Shown here: in pieces, positions 36,839 through 47,188 of the stretch
Numbering within the stretch: the first letter of the stretch is position 1
Layout: every line of letters begins with the position of its first letter
Source of the DNA: a bacterium
Lineage (GTDB): Bacteria; Zixibacteria; MSB-5A5; GN15; FEB-12
Direction: 5' to 3'
Assembly: GCA_030605565.1 (NCBI GenBank)
Contig: JAUWIB010000105.1
Span: 10,650 to 74,649 of the forward strand
DNA length: 64,000 nt
Notes under the pieces: generated by a model
Database searches by the model: none
Told to the model about the DNA's origin: nothing
What the model saw: the letters and a program-made list of their open reading frames with translations, nothing else
Made by a program: the position numbers and the translations under genes

Positions 36839-37174
36839 CGAAATCGTCCTCCTTCCAAAACTCCACTCTATTACATTAGGTATCGGTCGTTGGGAGATTT
36901 CCGATTAGCCGTTCACGGCCTTTCGCTACCGGCTGATGGGTTCGTCCCATTCCCTGAGTGAACAGAGGCTAAACGAGAACTGTAACGTGGCGCCGTAAGT
37001 GCCCGTCCCCCGACTGGTTACCAGCGCTCTTCCGTGTCTGTATGGGCGTTGCGACAGATCAGGCAGGAGACTAAGAAACGTCTTAACGGCACTCTCTAAG
37101 GAGGGAGATATTATGCTTTCTCGAACAGCTCTCTTGACCGGCACTGCCGTCCGCGACCGTGCCGCCCGGCTTTC

Positions 37175-37837
37175 TCATGACCGTTCAGTGAACAACCGTG
37201 GATTGACTACTCGTTGATAGTTCTTGAAGTGTGTTTTGGCCAGCTTCGTAAGAATTCCCGGTCCGTGTTTTCGAACGATTTGCCGGCCGGCTGCGTCCAC
37301 GTGTGCAGCCGCTCCCTTGGGGATTTCAACGCCGCAACGGCTGGAGAGCTTCTCCATTTCCCGGATGAATCTCGCCCGCGCCAGGATCGAGGCAGCCGCT
37401 ACCTGGATGATGCGCTCACCGCGAACCAGTTGATTCAACTTAACAGAAACACCGCGTCTCGCCAGGGCATCCTCGACCAACTCTGCCTTGCCGAACTTAT
37501 CGGACACCGCCAGGTCGGCAGGATGGTCGGCCAGCAAACGATGTATCACTTCGGCGTGTCCCTCAGCCAGGAGCTTGTTGAGGTTCCTGATCTCAGCGTA
37601 CTTCCGGTTGTACTCTTCGGGGGCGACCACTATCACAGTGTGGGCGTAATCGGCACGCAGACGTTCATCGATCTGAAGTATTTTTTTGTCGGCGATCAAC
37701 TTGCCGTCGCGAACGCCGAGCGCTTTCAGAGCATCTGTCTGCGACTCGTCGGCCAGAAAGGCTGCCACGACCAAGGGGCCGAAGAAATCTCCCTTGCCTG
37801 ATTCATCGACGCCGACGATGCGGCGGGCGCCGGCCAT
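37175..37837 (-). CDS. Type-2 ribonuclease H, RNase HIII-like catalytic domain without the N-terminal substrate-binding domain
   Basis: GVDESGKGDFFGPLVVAA (the RNase HIII-type DESGKGD motif, not the HII DEAGRGP motif) and C-terminal ...LAKTHFKNYQRV. Only 220 aa. Confidence 0.75.
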   Translation of the reverse strand: MAGARRIVGVDESGKGDFFGPLVVAAFLADESQTDALKALGVRDGKLIADKKILQIDERLRADYAHTVIVVAPEEYNRKYAEIRNLNKLLAEGHAEVIHRLLADHPADLAVSDKFGKAELVEDALARRGVSVKLNQLVRGERIIQVAAASILARARFIREMEKLSSRCGVEIPKGAAAHVDAAGRQIVRKHGPGILTKLAKTHFKNYQRVVNPRLFTERS

Positions 37838-37840
37838 TGA

Positions 37841-38401
37841 TCAGTTGGCCCGTTCCAGGTACGCCCCGGAGCGAGTGTCGACTTTGACTTTGTCACCCTC
37901 TTTGACGAATGGCGGCACTTTGACAGTCAGGCCGGTCTGAAGTTTGGCCGGCTTCGTTACGTTGGACACGGTATCGCCTCTGGCCGATGGTTCAGTCTCC
38001 ACGACCTTCAAAACCACCGAAGCTGGCAGGTCGACAGAGATTGCTTCACCGTCAAGAAACAGAACTTTGTACTCTTCGTTCTCCAGCAGATACCATTTCG
38101 CGTCACCCAGGTTCTCAATTGCGATCTCGATCTGCTCGAAGGTCTGTGAGTCCATGAAGGACATCTCGCCGCCATTTTCGTACAGGTACTGCATCTTCTT
38201 TTCCTCCATGTCGGGAGGTTTGAAGCTGTCGTTGGACGAGAACACTTTTTCCACCACCCCACCGGTCCTGATATGCTTCAGTTTGGTGCGGATGTTGGCC
38301 TTGCCCCGACCCATCTTGAAGTGTTGGTACTCGACCACGTAGTAAGGTTGGTCGTCGACTATGATGCGCAAACCTCTTCGAAAATCAGACGGCGTATACA
38401 T
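37841..38401 (-). CDS. efp: Translation elongation factor P
   Basis: MYTPSDFRRGLRIIVDDQPYYVVEYQHFKMGRGKANIRTKLKHIRTGGVVEKVF..., full length at 186 aa. SD GCAGGAGGTAAG upstream. Confidence 0.95.
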   Translation of the reverse strand: MYTPSDFRRGLRIIVDDQPYYVVEYQHFKMGRGKANIRTKLKHIRTGGVVEKVFSSNDSFKPPDMEEKKMQYLYENGGEMSFMDSQTFEQIEIAIENLGDAKWYLLENEEYKVLFLDGEAISVDLPASVVLKVVETEPSARGDTVSNVTKPAKLQTGLTVKVPPFVKEGDKVKVDTRSGAYLERAN

Positions 38402-38426
38402 CTTACCTCCTGCTAAAGTAGGCAGG

Positions 38427-38454
38427 AATATAACAAAAATACGAATTGTCCCAA
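38427..38454 (-). promoter_or_regulatory. Candidate efp promoter (TTGGGA-N16-TATATT)
   Basis: Read on the minus strand, 25-50 nt upstream of the efp ATG. Confidence 0.35.
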
Positions 38455-38484
38455 GCGAATTCTTGGGTCCTGCGGCCGTACGAG

Positions 38485-38566
38485 TTGCCTCACAATAAAT
38501 GTTACCGAAGATCGATCAACGGGAGGTGTCAAATGATACATTGCCTCATAATTGATGTTACCGAAA
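38485..38566 (+). repeat. Two copies of a 26-nt direct repeat (38485-38510 and 38541-38566; 22/26 identical, 56-nt period)
   Basis: TTGCCTCACAATAAATGTTACCGAAG versus TTGCCTCATAATTGATGTTACCGAAA. Each copy is followed by an SD-like GGGAGG/AAGGAGA and an ATG. Confidence 0.7.
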
Positions 38567-38696
38567 GGAGACGCGATTATGGGTGGAGATTCCAAACAAG
38601 AGTACCGGGCCGCGATACGGCAACGCTATTCTCAGGCCTCCAAAGAAGAAAAAAGGCGTAGAATTCCGAACACCCTCCATTCTGACAATGCACAGA

Positions 38697-38909
38697 CTAC
38701 AAATCGTCTATGAATTTCCTCATTTGATCAACAAAATCGTCGATTATTTTTCCGCCAGCCGCACTGATTCTTCCGGTTTTGGTTTTCTGCTTTAACACGT
38801 TGCCTGCATTCTCTGCCCTTTTGCAGAGATCTTTCAACTGCTCAACAAGCTCTTGCGGATACTCTGCATCGTCGTATCGGGTCAACTCTTTGCCATTGCG
38901 CTTAATCAT
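38697..38909 (-). CDS. Hypothetical small protein (70 aa)
   Basis: ATG 38909 (MIKRNGKEL...) is preceded by GAGGAG at 7 nt. The sequence is charged and helical, and no family is recognised. It sits in an AT-richer patch. Confidence 0.45.
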   Translation of the reverse strand: MIKRNGKELTRYDDAEYPQELVEQLKDLCKRAENAGNVLKQKTKTGRISAAGGKIIDDFVDQMRKFIDDL

Positions 38910-38990
38910 AGGTTTGCTCCTCAAGTCTCGATATTCCTTTAGGTTATGAACACTATCGTAATCACGAAGTCGCGCGGGGATAGGCCATAC

Positions 38991-40847
38991 TCACCGAAGG
39001 ATAGTCTCGGCAGGCGGCCTGGGAGTCTGACCGGCATCGAGGCTGTCCAGATGACGGCGCGGCAGGCATACCAGGAAAGTCGTCCCCTGCCCTGAAGCTG
39101 ATTGATAAGTCAGTCGTCCGCCGTGCAGGTCGACGATTTTTTTTGCCAACGGCAAACCCAGTCCGCTGCCGGAGGGACGCGTGGAATAGAACGGCGTGAA
39201 GATCTTGTCGGCGTCTCGCTGGTCGATTCCGCAGCCGGTATCCGACACTTCGATAGTCATCTGCTCATCCGTCGCCGTCACCCGGACAGTCACCTTGCCG
39301 TGATCGCCGGCATGGGCGTTAACGCCGTTTTCCAGCAGGTTGGTGAGGGCTTGCTTCAACAGCAAACCATCAGCCTCGATCAGTGGAATCCGGTCGGTGT
39401 GGTATGCGAATTCGATTAGGGCACAGTCCGACCGAACGCGGAAAGAATCGATCAACTCCCTGATCATCGTGTCGACGTCGAGCATGGCCGGACTAAAGTT
39501 GAGTGGGCGTGCAAAGTACAGGAAGCGCTCGATTAGCGATTCAGCCTCTTTCGTCTCCTGGACCAAAGCCACGGCATGGTCGGCGTTGAGATCGTGACCG
39601 ATGAGTTTTTTCCTGAGCAGGCTACCGTACCCGGCGACCGCACCAAGCGAGTTTCGGATTTGGTGAGCCAGGCCGGCGGCCATCTCACCAAGGGCAGCCA
39701 GTCGTTCTTTGGTTTCCAGTTGACGGCGTAAAGTCGACAACTCGGTAAGATCGTTGATCAATAACGACGCTCCCAGAACCGCGCCGGTATGATCGTGGAT
39801 CATCGATATGGTAACTCCAAGGGTAAGTTGCCGGCCGGAAGTTGTCGTGAATTCCGTTTCGCGATACGCCTGATTCCGACCGCAATCGAGCACACGGCTG
39901 ACGGCATCTACCAGGTGGACATTCGATCCAAGCAGGTCCCAGTAGTGTCCGCCTTCGTAGCAGGTACGCTCCACATCGAGAATCTCCTCGGCGACGGTAT
40001 TGAGCGACATCACTCGACCGCGCTGGTTTACAGTGATGAGCCCAGAGTTCATAGAGCGAAGCAGATGTTCGTTGAACTGCTCAAGTGAATCGGCTCGATG
40101 GGTTATCTCGCGATTCAGCCTGAGCAATTCGGATTCTTTCTCTCGAAGTTCGTCGATGATCCGACGGTAGTCGGTGACCATCGCTTCAACCTCGTCGTGG
40201 TCATCATCGACCATACGCCCAGCCTGAAGGGCCTCCTGCCTAATGCGGCGAAACGGCGACAATACGAATCGTGACAACAGGACATACACTCCCAATGTCA
40301 GGAATGCAGCCACCAGACTCACGATTATCATGGTGCGCCAGGCGGTGTCGAGGTAGGACAGAAGCGGCGCCTTTTCGCCGAGGATGATCAGTCCGCGGGC
40401 GTTGCGACCCGGCATGGGATAGAGATAGAAGTACTCACCCTGATCACCGCGTGTGATCCGATGCATTTCGATGGTCTCGAATTGCGCCACAATCTCGCCC
40501 CACTTCTTGGAACCGGTGGCGATCACGAGAGAGGACAACTCATCCTTGGTGAGCCTCTTCCCTTCTGAAGGCAGCGAGCCGGGGAAATACCCCAGTTTGC
40601 TCAGCCCCAGTTGCTGTCGCAGGGTGCTTTCCCGGTCTTCGCTCAACTGGGTCACGCCCCAGTTATCGATATTCCGACTCACGATTAGGCTGGTATCGTT
40701 CAGATGGTTTTCTATCCTCTCTCGCTCCGCCATCCGGGCATGGTAGGCGATGTAGTTCGAGGCTGCATTCAAAACCAGCAGAACGAGGATTATGGCCAGA
40801 AATCCCAGATGAACTTCGGACTCAAATCTGTGTGACAACTTATTCAT
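38991..40847 (-). CDS. Sensor histidine kinase (two TM, HAMP-like linker, PAS, HisKA, HATPase; NtrB/AtoS-like)
   Basis: H-box AAGLAHQIRNSLGAVAGY, N-box LTNLLENGVNA, G1 DTGCGID, G2 GSGLGLPLAKKIV. A PAS-like segment (NSGLITVNQRGRVMSLNTVAEEIL) is present. Confidence 0.9.
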   Translation of the reverse strand: MNKLSHRFESEVHLGFLAIILVLLVLNAASNYIAYHARMAERERIENHLNDTSLIVSRNIDNWGVTQLSEDRESTLRQQLGLSKLGYFPGSLPSEGKRLTKDELSSLVIATGSKKWGEIVAQFETIEMHRITRGDQGEYFYLYPMPGRNARGLIILGEKAPLLSYLDTAWRTMIIVSLVAAFLTLGVYVLLSRFVLSPFRRIRQEALQAGRMVDDDHDEVEAMVTDYRRIIDELREKESELLRLNREITHRADSLEQFNEHLLRSMNSGLITVNQRGRVMSLNTVAEEILDVERTCYEGGHYWDLLGSNVHLVDAVSRVLDCGRNQAYRETEFTTTSGRQLTLGVTISMIHDHTGAVLGASLLINDLTELSTLRRQLETKERLAALGEMAAGLAHQIRNSLGAVAGYGSLLRKKLIGHDLNADHAVALVQETKEAESLIERFLYFARPLNFSPAMLDVDTMIRELIDSFRVRSDCALIEFAYHTDRIPLIEADGLLLKQALTNLLENGVNAHAGDHGKVTVRVTATDEQMTIEVSDTGCGIDQRDADKIFTPFYSTRPSGSGLGLPLAKKIVDLHGGRLTYQSASGQGTTFLVCLPRRHLDSLDAGQTPRPPAETILR

Positions 40848-40900
40848 GGTCCTAAGCCGAGTATCGGCTATACCGAGGTCGAGTTGAACCGGAAGTTGTC

Positions 40901-41683
40901 TTAGGGCAGGGTCAGGAAGTTGGTAACGTAGAAATCGATAATCCGATCACCGGCGACCATCGCCAGCATCGCGGCAATGGAAAGAAAGGGGCCGAACGGC
41001 ACTGTCCGTTCACGGCGCAATCGGGCTGAAAAGGCCATCAGAACCAGCGAGACTACCAGGCCGATCACGGCGGCACTGACAAAAATCAGAAAGACCTTCT
41101 GCCACCCGAGAAAGGCGCCCAGCATGGCGGCCATTTTGATATCACCGCCTCCCATTGACTCTTTTTTGAACAGCCAGTCCCCCAAGAGCGCGATCAGATA
41201 CAGCGCCCCGCCTCCGACCAGCAAACCGATAGTGGCGTTCACAATACCGATACCATCGGGAATCAGCGACACTCCCAGCGCAATGATCATACCGGGCAGA
41301 GTTATTCCGTCGGGAATGATGCGGAACTCGAGGTCAATGAAAAAGATGACCAGCAGCGCCGACGATAGCAGGGCAAAGGCTGCCGTCTGGAAGCCCAGTC
41401 CATACTGCCAGTAGAGGTAGAAGTAAAAAAGTCCATTGAGAACCTCAACCAGGGGGTATCTGATCGAGATGCCGGTTGAGCAGAAAGCACACTTCCCACG
41501 GAGGACAAGATAACTGAGTACGGGAATATTATGGAACCATCTCAGTGATCGTCCGCAGTGAGGACAGAGGGACCTACCGGCGACAAAGTTGATCTTGCGG
41601 GGTACACGATAGATGACGACGTTCAGAAACGAGCCGATGACCAGACCGGCCGTAAGCACCAGAATAAGCGCCAGAACATGCAT
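40901..41683 (-). CDS. pilD: Prepilin peptidase / N-methyltransferase (A24 family)
   Basis: GSFLNVVIYRVPRK...CPHCGRSLRWFHNIPVLSYLVLRGKCAFC zinc-finger region, plus the catalytic Asp contexts (FFIDLEFRIIPD and GGGDIKMAAMLGAFLGW). Confidence 0.9.
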   Translation of the reverse strand: MHVLALILVLTAGLVIGSFLNVVIYRVPRKINFVAGRSLCPHCGRSLRWFHNIPVLSYLVLRGKCAFCSTGISIRYPLVEVLNGLFYFYLYWQYGLGFQTAAFALLSSALLVIFFIDLEFRIIPDGITLPGMIIALGVSLIPDGIGIVNATIGLLVGGGALYLIALLGDWLFKKESMGGGDIKMAAMLGAFLGWQKVFLIFVSAAVIGLVVSLVLMAFSARLRRERTVPFGPFLSIAAMLAMVAGDRIIDFYVTNFLTLP

Positions 41684-41708
41684 GTTATAGTATCGGTTGG
41701 CAGGCCGC

Positions 41709-42458
41709 CTATCTCAACTCCCCCAGCAGCGCCATAACCAGAGCACAGGCTACGGGCGCCGCAGTCTCGCTACGGAGCACCCGTCGGCCCAGAGAAACTA
41801 CTTTGAACCCAGTCTCCCCGGCTGCGGCCACTTCCTCCGGTGTGAAGCCCGCCTCCGGTCCGACCAGCAATGTCACCCTGGGCGCCTGAGTATCCGCTAA
41901 ACACTCCTCGAGAGGGCGGCCCTCATTTGTCGGATGAAAAACCAGATTGACATCAGAGCGATCTGTCTCCTTCAAGAACTGTTCAAGGGACACCGGATTG
42001 CTCACGTCGGGTCGATATGATCGGCGAGACTGTTTCACAGCCGCCAACGCAACTTTTTCGAGACGCCTCAGACGCGATGCCGCCCGCTTGGGATCGTCCA
42101 GTTTCACTCGCGACTTCTCAGACAGAATCGGCACGAACCGCTTAATACCCAACTCGGTGGCTTTCTGGACAATGGTGTCGAGTTTCGACCCGGTCGATAG
42201 TCCGGCGGCCAAAGTCAGTCGCACTGTCGCTTCACCATAATTGCGCAGGCGGGTATGTACGCGCACTTGAAAACTCTTGCTCCTCCCCGCTCGCTCGATC
42301 TCACCACGGCAGGCATTGCCCAGACCGTCCACGACCAGTACGATGTCGCCCTGTCTCAGCCGAAGAACCGTTCCGGCATGGTGACTCTCGACCTTAGATA
42401 GCTCAATGATGTCATCGTGAATCGAATCGGGTGGTGCAAAAAAAACAGGTGGTTCCAT
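41709..42458 (-). CDS. rsmE: 16S rRNA (uracil1498-N3)-methyltransferase
   Basis: ...FFAPPD...HHAGTVLRLRQGD...(PUA-like), then the SPOUT C-terminus LLVGPEAGFTPEEV...GFKVVSLGRRVLRSETA. Start at ATG 42458, because the listed start at 42482 is a TTG overlapping prmA. Confidence 0.85.
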   Translation of the reverse strand: MEPPVFFAPPDSIHDDIIELSKVESHHAGTVLRLRQGDIVLVVDGLGNACRGEIERAGRSKSFQVRVHTRLRNYGEATVRLTLAAGLSTGSKLDTIVQKATELGIKRFVPILSEKSRVKLDDPKRAASRLRRLEKVALAAVKQSRRSYRPDVSNPVSLEQFLKETDRSDVNLVFHPTNEGRPLEECLADTQAPRVTLLVGPEAGFTPEEVAAAGETGFKVVSLGRRVLRSETAAPVACALVMALLGELR

Positions 42459-42462
42459 CGGT

Positions 42463-43350
42463 TCATGCTTTCTCAACGACAAACGTCAGCCACTCGTTAT
42501 CAAGTGTCGTCGAGAACCTATTGAGCCCAAGTTCGGCCAGTCGCGCGCATAGCTCGGACTCGTCGCGCTGCAACAAGCCAGCTAACAGCAGCACTCCACC
42601 ATCAGCCGTCAGACTCTCAAGCCGCGGTAGCATATCGAGTATTGTCTTCTTGATAATGTTCGCGCAGACAAATTCATACGGTGGATCCTGAAGGCACTTC
42701 TCGATCGATCCGAACAGGACGTCAAAAGGTGCGCCAATATCGTTGAGGCGAAAATTACCACGGCAGTTATCCACGGCGACGACATCGTAGTCGATCGCTT
42801 TAATGAAAGCAGCACCTTTCTTGTCAGCCAGGATCGACAGGATGCCGGAACCGCAACCAAGATCAAGAAACCTCCAACCCTTCCGGAATCGTTGGGCAAT
42901 TACTTTTAGACAAGTTCGTGTCGTTTCGTGCCGCCCGGTGCCGAAGGCCATTCTCGGCTCAAGGAGAATTTCATATTGCGCTTCTGGAGAACTCTCATGC
43001 CACGGCGCCCGGATTACTATGTCCGGTTCTATCCTGATCGGCTCCACGGAAACACGGTATTGTTCTTCCCACTCAACATTGGTGACCTTCTTGCTGTTAA
43101 TCATTGGAGGTTCTGATACAGCCTTCGGCGATATCTGTTTGACATAAGCTGCGAGCGGTTCAAGGTCCGGGGTAGCGTCGTCAGCCAGGTAGAACTTAAT
43201 GGTCGTGCGCTTTGAATCTTGTTCATCTTCGAGAACGAGACCGGAAGCGTGGTTTTCGATAATGAAATCACAGACCGGATCGACCAATATCAGATCGACA
43301 GTCACACTTACCTCGATAAAGGCCGTAAGTTCTTTCTCAAGTTTCTTCAT
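42463..43350 (-). CDS. prmA: Ribosomal protein L11 methyltransferase
   Basis: ...[15 protein letters not shown]...[13 protein letters not shown]... matches the PrmA signature. ATGA overlap with the dnaJ stop. Confidence 0.9.
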   Translation of the reverse strand: MKKLEKELTAFIEVSVTVDLILVDPVCDFIIENHASGLVLEDEQDSKRTTIKFYLADDATPDLEPLAAYVKQISPKAVSEPPMINSKKVTNVEWEEQYRVSVEPIRIEPDIVIRAPWHESSPEAQYEILLEPRMAFGTGRHETTRTCLKVIAQRFRKGWRFLDLGCGSGILSILADKKGAAFIKAIDYDVVAVDNCRGNFRLNDIGAPFDVLFGSIEKCLQDPPYEFVCANIIKKTILDMLPRLESLTADGGVLLLAGLLQRDESELCARLAELGLNRFSTTLDNEWLTFVVEKA

Positions 43351-44507
43351 ACGCCGAGCGTTTCCCGGAACTTGTCGAAGAATGACTTATTGCCGGTCGG
43401 CGGCGTCATCGCCTCCGACTGGGCAAGTTTCTCGATTTGTCGTTTGTCCTCCGCGCTCAGTTTGGTCGGGACCCAGACCGTGATCCGCACCAGTTGTTCG
43501 CCGCGGCCGTTACGGTGCAGGCGCGGAATCCCCTTGCCCCGCATTCTCAGAACTTTGCCCGACTGAGTTCCGGATGGGACACGAAGTTGAGCCTCACCAT
43601 CGAGGGTGGGCACAGTCACACTGCCACCGAGCGCCGCCGTAACGAACGAAATCGTTTTGTCACACACAATGTTGTCGCCGTGGCGAGTGAAGTGCTCATG
43701 CGGCGCTTCCTCGAATACCGCTATCAAATCACCGGACTCGCCGTTGTTCGGAGCGGCATTGCCCATTCCATCGACCGCCATATAGTTGCCGCTGGAAACA
43801 CCCGGAGGGACTTTGAGGTTGACGGTCGACGATCCCCGTATCCGTCCCTCCCCGCGACAAGTGGGGCATGGCTCCGAGATTACTTCACCCGCGCCGCGAC
43901 ATTGGTTGCAGGTGACCACCTGCTGAATAGTACCAAGAAAGGTCCGACTCACCGTGCGTACACGACCGGCCCCTTTGCACTGAGGACAGGTTCGCCGTGA
44001 CGAGCCGGCCGCCACCCCGGAACCACCGCAAGTGTCGCAGGCTTTCAGTCTTTTGACGCGAATCGACCTCTCCGCCCCGGACGCGATTTCTTCCAGAGTG
44101 AGTTCGATCCTTACTCTCAGATCCTCACCACGGTTACTTCGCCGTGCTCCCCCCCCGCCGCCCATACCGAAAAGATCGTCGAAGATCGACCCGCCACCGC
44201 CGCCGAAGTCGCGCATGAAGGCTCTGAGAGCATCGCTGATATCGAACCCCCCCCCAAAGCCTCCGAATCCGGCGGCGCCCTGACCAAGGCCGGCATGACC
44301 GTACTGATCGTAGGTCTGTCGTTTCTGCGAATCCTTGAGGATTTCGTAGGCTTCGGTAGCTTCTTTGAACTTGTCTTCGGCTGTTCGGTCGTTCGGGTTA
44401 CGATCCGGATGGAACTTCAGAGCCAACTTGCGATAAGCCGACTTTATCTCATCCTCGCCGGCGCCGTGATCGATTCCGAGTATCTCGTAGTAGTCCCGCT
44501 GGGTCAT
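43347..44507 (-). CDS. dnaJ: Molecular chaperone DnaJ
   Basis: J-domain DYYEILGI...[15 protein letters not shown], a G/F-rich region, and four CxxCxGxG zinc-finger repeats. Confidence 0.95.
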   Translation of the reverse strand: MTQRDYYEILGIDHGAGEDEIKSAYRKLALKFHPDRNPNDRTAEDKFKEATEAYEILKDSQKRQTYDQYGHAGLGQGAAGFGGFGGGFDISDALRAFMRDFGGGGGSIFDDLFGMGGGGGARRSNRGEDLRVRIELTLEEIASGAERSIRVKRLKACDTCGGSGVAAGSSRRTCPQCKGAGRVRTVSRTFLGTIQQVVTCNQCRGAGEVISEPCPTCRGEGRIRGSSTVNLKVPPGVSSGNYMAVDGMGNAAPNNGESGDLIAVFEEAPHEHFTRHGDNIVCDKTISFVTAALGGSVTVPTLDGEAQLRVPSGTQSGKVLRMRGKGIPRLHRNGRGEQLVRITVWVPTKLSAEDKRQIEKLAQSEAMTPPTGNKSFFDKFRETLGV

Positions 44508-44514
44508 TGGTTAC

Positions 44515-46452
44515 TTACTTTTTGTCGTCGTCGACCACTTCGAAATCCGCATCCACGGCGCCGGAATCAGCATCGCCACTGTCAGCCGTATCGGCTTTGC
44601 CAGCTTCACCGGTCGAACTCTCAGTCTCGCTGCCGGCCTGCTCAGCCTGAGCCTGTTTGTACATTTCCTCAGCCAGTTTGTGCGAGGCGGTCGTCAGCTC
44701 TTCTTTGGCTTTGTTAATCACTTCAACCGAGTCGCCGGTAGCGGCATCCTTGAGAGTCTTGATCTTCTCTTCGATACTCTTTCTCTCCTCGTCAGAGATT
44801 TTGTCACCATGTTCTTTGAGCGTCTTCTCGGTGGAGTACGCGAAATGGTCGGCTTCATTGCGAGCCTTGATCAATTCCTCACGTTGCTTGTCTTCATCTG
44901 CGTGAGCCTCGGCATCATGTACCATCTTGTCGACTTCCTCGTCGGAGAGGCCGGATGACACTTCGATCCTGATCGACTGCTCCTTACCGGTAGCCTTGTC
45001 CTTGGCGGACACATGCACGATACCGTTCTGGTCGATGTCGAAGGTCACCTCGATTTGCGGTATACCGCGCGCCGCCGCCGGGATGCCGACCAAATCGAAA
45101 CGACCCAGCGTGCGGTTGTCGATCGCCATCGGACGTTCACCCTGGAGGACATGGATCGACACGGCCGGTTGATTGTCATCGGCGGTTGAGAAAATCTGTG
45201 ACTTCCGGGTAGGTATGGTAGTGTTACGTTCGATCAATTTGGTTAAGACACCGCCCAGTGTTTCGATACCAAGCGACAACGGTGTCACATCCAATAGAAC
45301 GATCTCCCGATCACCCATGTCGCCGGACAAAATTCCGCCCTGAATGGCCGCGCCGACAGCGACAACTTCGTCCGGATTAACGCCCTTGTGGGGATCACGT
45401 CCGAAAACCTCCCTGACCCGTTCGATCACTTTGGGCATGCGGGTCATGCCGCCGACCAGAACAACTTCATCAATGTCAGACGGCGACAGTTTGGCGTCAG
45501 CCAGCGCTGATTTGCACGGCCCCACGGAACGTTCGATCAACTCTTCGGTCAACTGCTCATACTTCGACCGCGTAAGAGTGAGATCCAAATGTTTCGGCCC
45601 CGCCTGATCGGCGGTAACGAACGGCAAGTTGATATTGGTCTGCATAGTCGTGGACAATTCTATCTTAGCCTTCTCGGCGGCTTCTTTCAGTCGCTGGAGA
45701 GCCATACGATCCTTGCGCAGGTCGATACCGTTGGACTTCAAAAACTCATCGGCCATCCAGTCGATAACCGTCTGATCGAAGTCGTCGCCGCCGAGATGCG
45801 TGTCTCCATTGGTGGCCAATACCTGGAATACACCTTCGCCGATATCCAGGATAGAAATGTCGAAAGTACCGCCGCCAAGATCATAAACGGCGATCTTCTG
45901 GTTGCCTTCTTTCTGCAGACCGTAGGCGAGCGAGGCGGCCGTGGGTTCATTGATTATGCGCTCAACTTCGAGACCGGCAATCTTGCCGGCATCCTTGGTA
46001 GCCTGACGCTGAGCATCGTTGAAGTAGGCGGGCACGGTGATGACAGCGTGAGTGACATCCTCACCGAGGTAACTCTCCGCCGCCTGCTTCATCGACCGCA
46101 GGATCATGGCCGAAATTTCCGGCGGCGTGTGAGTCCCTCCCCCGGCCTCTACAAGAACAGCCCCTTTTTCGTTGGAAACCACCTTGTACGGAACGATCTT
46201 CTCTTCCGAGCCGACCTCGTCATGATTCCGCCCCATGAACCGCTTGATGGAAAAAACAGTGTTTTCAGGATTGGTAACCGCCTGCCGCTTAGCCGCGGCG
46301 CCAACCAACCGTTCGCCATCTTTTGCAAAGGCGACAATCGACGGGGTTGTGCGAGCGCCCTCAAGAGACGGAATCACCACCGGTTCCTGACCTTCCATGA
46401 CGGCCACACATGAATTAGTGGTACCCAGATCTATGCCTATTATTTTTCCCAT
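44515..46452 (-). CDS. dnaK: Molecular chaperone DnaK (Hsp70)
   Basis: [18 protein letters not shown]...DLGGGTFD...[10 protein letters not shown]..., full length at 645 aa. Confidence 0.97.
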   Translation of the reverse strand: MGKIIGIDLGTTNSCVAVMEGQEPVVIPSLEGARTTPSIVAFAKDGERLVGAAAKRQAVTNPENTVFSIKRFMGRNHDEVGSEEKIVPYKVVSNEKGAVLVEAGGGTHTPPEISAMILRSMKQAAESYLGEDVTHAVITVPAYFNDAQRQATKDAGKIAGLEVERIINEPTAASLAYGLQKEGNQKIAVYDLGGGTFDISILDIGEGVFQVLATNGDTHLGGDDFDQTVIDWMADEFLKSNGIDLRKDRMALQRLKEAAEKAKIELSTTMQTNINLPFVTADQAGPKHLDLTLTRSKYEQLTEELIERSVGPCKSALADAKLSPSDIDEVVLVGGMTRMPKVIERVREVFGRDPHKGVNPDEVVAVGAAIQGGILSGDMGDREIVLLDVTPLSLGIETLGGVLTKLIERNTTIPTRKSQIFSTADDNQPAVSIHVLQGERPMAIDNRTLGRFDLVGIPAAARGIPQIEVTFDIDQNGIVHVSAKDKATGKEQSIRIEVSSGLSDEEVDKMVHDAEAHADEDKQREELIKARNEADHFAYSTEKTLKEHGDKISDEERKSIEEKIKTLKDAATGDSVEVINKAKEELTTASHKLAEEMYKQAQAEQAGSETESSTGEAGKADTADSGDADSGAVDADFEVVDDDKK

Positions 46453-46522
46453 TTCCAGGACTCCTTGCTATTTCAAAACCACAATATTCTTGCTCTATCT
46501 GAGCCGACGGTTTGTCGCCGAC

Positions 46523-47182
46523 TCACTCGTTATTCTCAGCTTCTTCATCACCGCCCGAATCATCGGATTCGCTTGCACCAGCACTCACGCCCACCTTGCT
46601 GTGCCTGAGGATGCGCGTACCCTGGCGGTAACCCTTGCTCATCTCAACAGCTACCGTCCCTTCCGGGTAATTATCGCTTTCGGTCTGCATCACCGCCTCG
46701 TGCAGATTGGGATCGAACGGCTTGCCGACTGCTTCAATCGGTGACACCTCATGTTTGTCCAGAAGTGTTGTCAGTTGTTCATAGATCAACTTCATCCCCT
46801 CGCGGTAACCCTCAAGGTCGGCCTGCTCGTCGCCATGGTCGAAAGCGCGTTCAAAGTTGTCGACCACATCCAACAGTTGAAGCAATATCCGATCGTTAGC
46901 GCTGCGAACGATCTCTTCAAACCGACGCGCTGTTCGCTTCTTGAAGTTGTCGAACTCCGCAGCGCTGCGCAGCAAACGATCCTCAAGGTCGGTCACTTGC
47001 GCCGCGAGTTTCTCTTCCTCGGTAAGTTCCGGCGCGGTCTCCGGTTCAATAGCTGCATCCGAACCATTCTCACTCTCGGTGGCGGCGTCTTCGGGTGCTT
47101 CTACCGTTTCATCATTGTTGTCTGAGTCAGGTTGTTCGTTGTCGTCGTCAAACTGAATCTTGATTTCCTTGTCGTCGCTCAT
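46523..47182 (-). CDS. grpE: Nucleotide exchange factor GrpE
   Basis: Acidic N-terminus, then ...RSAAEFDNFKKRTARRFEE...GKPFDPNLHEAVM... Confidence 0.9.
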   Translation of the reverse strand: MSDDKEIKIQFDDDNEQPDSDNNDETVEAPEDAATESENGSDAAIEPETAPELTEEEKLAAQVTDLEDRLLRSAAEFDNFKKRTARRFEEIVRSANDRILLQLLDVVDNFERAFDHGDEQADLEGYREGMKLIYEQLTTLLDKHEVSPIEAVGKPFDPNLHEAVMQTESDNYPEGTVAVEMSKGYRQGTRILRHSKVGVSAGASESDDSGGDEEAENNE

Positions 47183-47188
47183 GCTCTA

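Noticed and set aside
36839-37174. A housekeeping ncRNA (RNase P RNA, SRP RNA, 6S, tmRNA) in the 336-nt gap after the RNase H gene.
   Set aside because: On neither strand did I find GGAAAGTCCGG/ACAGAA-type RNase P blocks, an SRP GGAA/AGCA symmetric-loop motif, or a tmRNA tag reading frame. Only short unremarkable hairpins are present. An Infernal scan is needed to be certain.
37113-37217. 34-codon ORF with a textbook SD (TAAGGAGGG-7-ATG).
   Set aside because: It is very short and Arg-rich with no hydrophobic or structural signature, and it overlaps the 3' end of a convergent gene. It is kept only as a note inside a finding, not as a feature.
38485-38566. CRISPR-like array.
   Set aside because: There are only two imperfect copies (22/26) with a single 30-nt spacer. 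Neither cas genes nor a leader is present. The repeats are more consistent with a mobile-element scar or paired operator.
45589-46413. 274-aa ORF on the plus strand opposite dnaK. Similar long antisense ORFs lie at 44295-44717, 44657-44958 and 46751-47125.
   Set aside because: They lie entirely antisense to unmistakable dnaK/dnaJ/grpE coding sequence. They have no SD and give low-complexity or Arg/Leu-rich translations, as expected of the mirror frame of a GC-biased gene.
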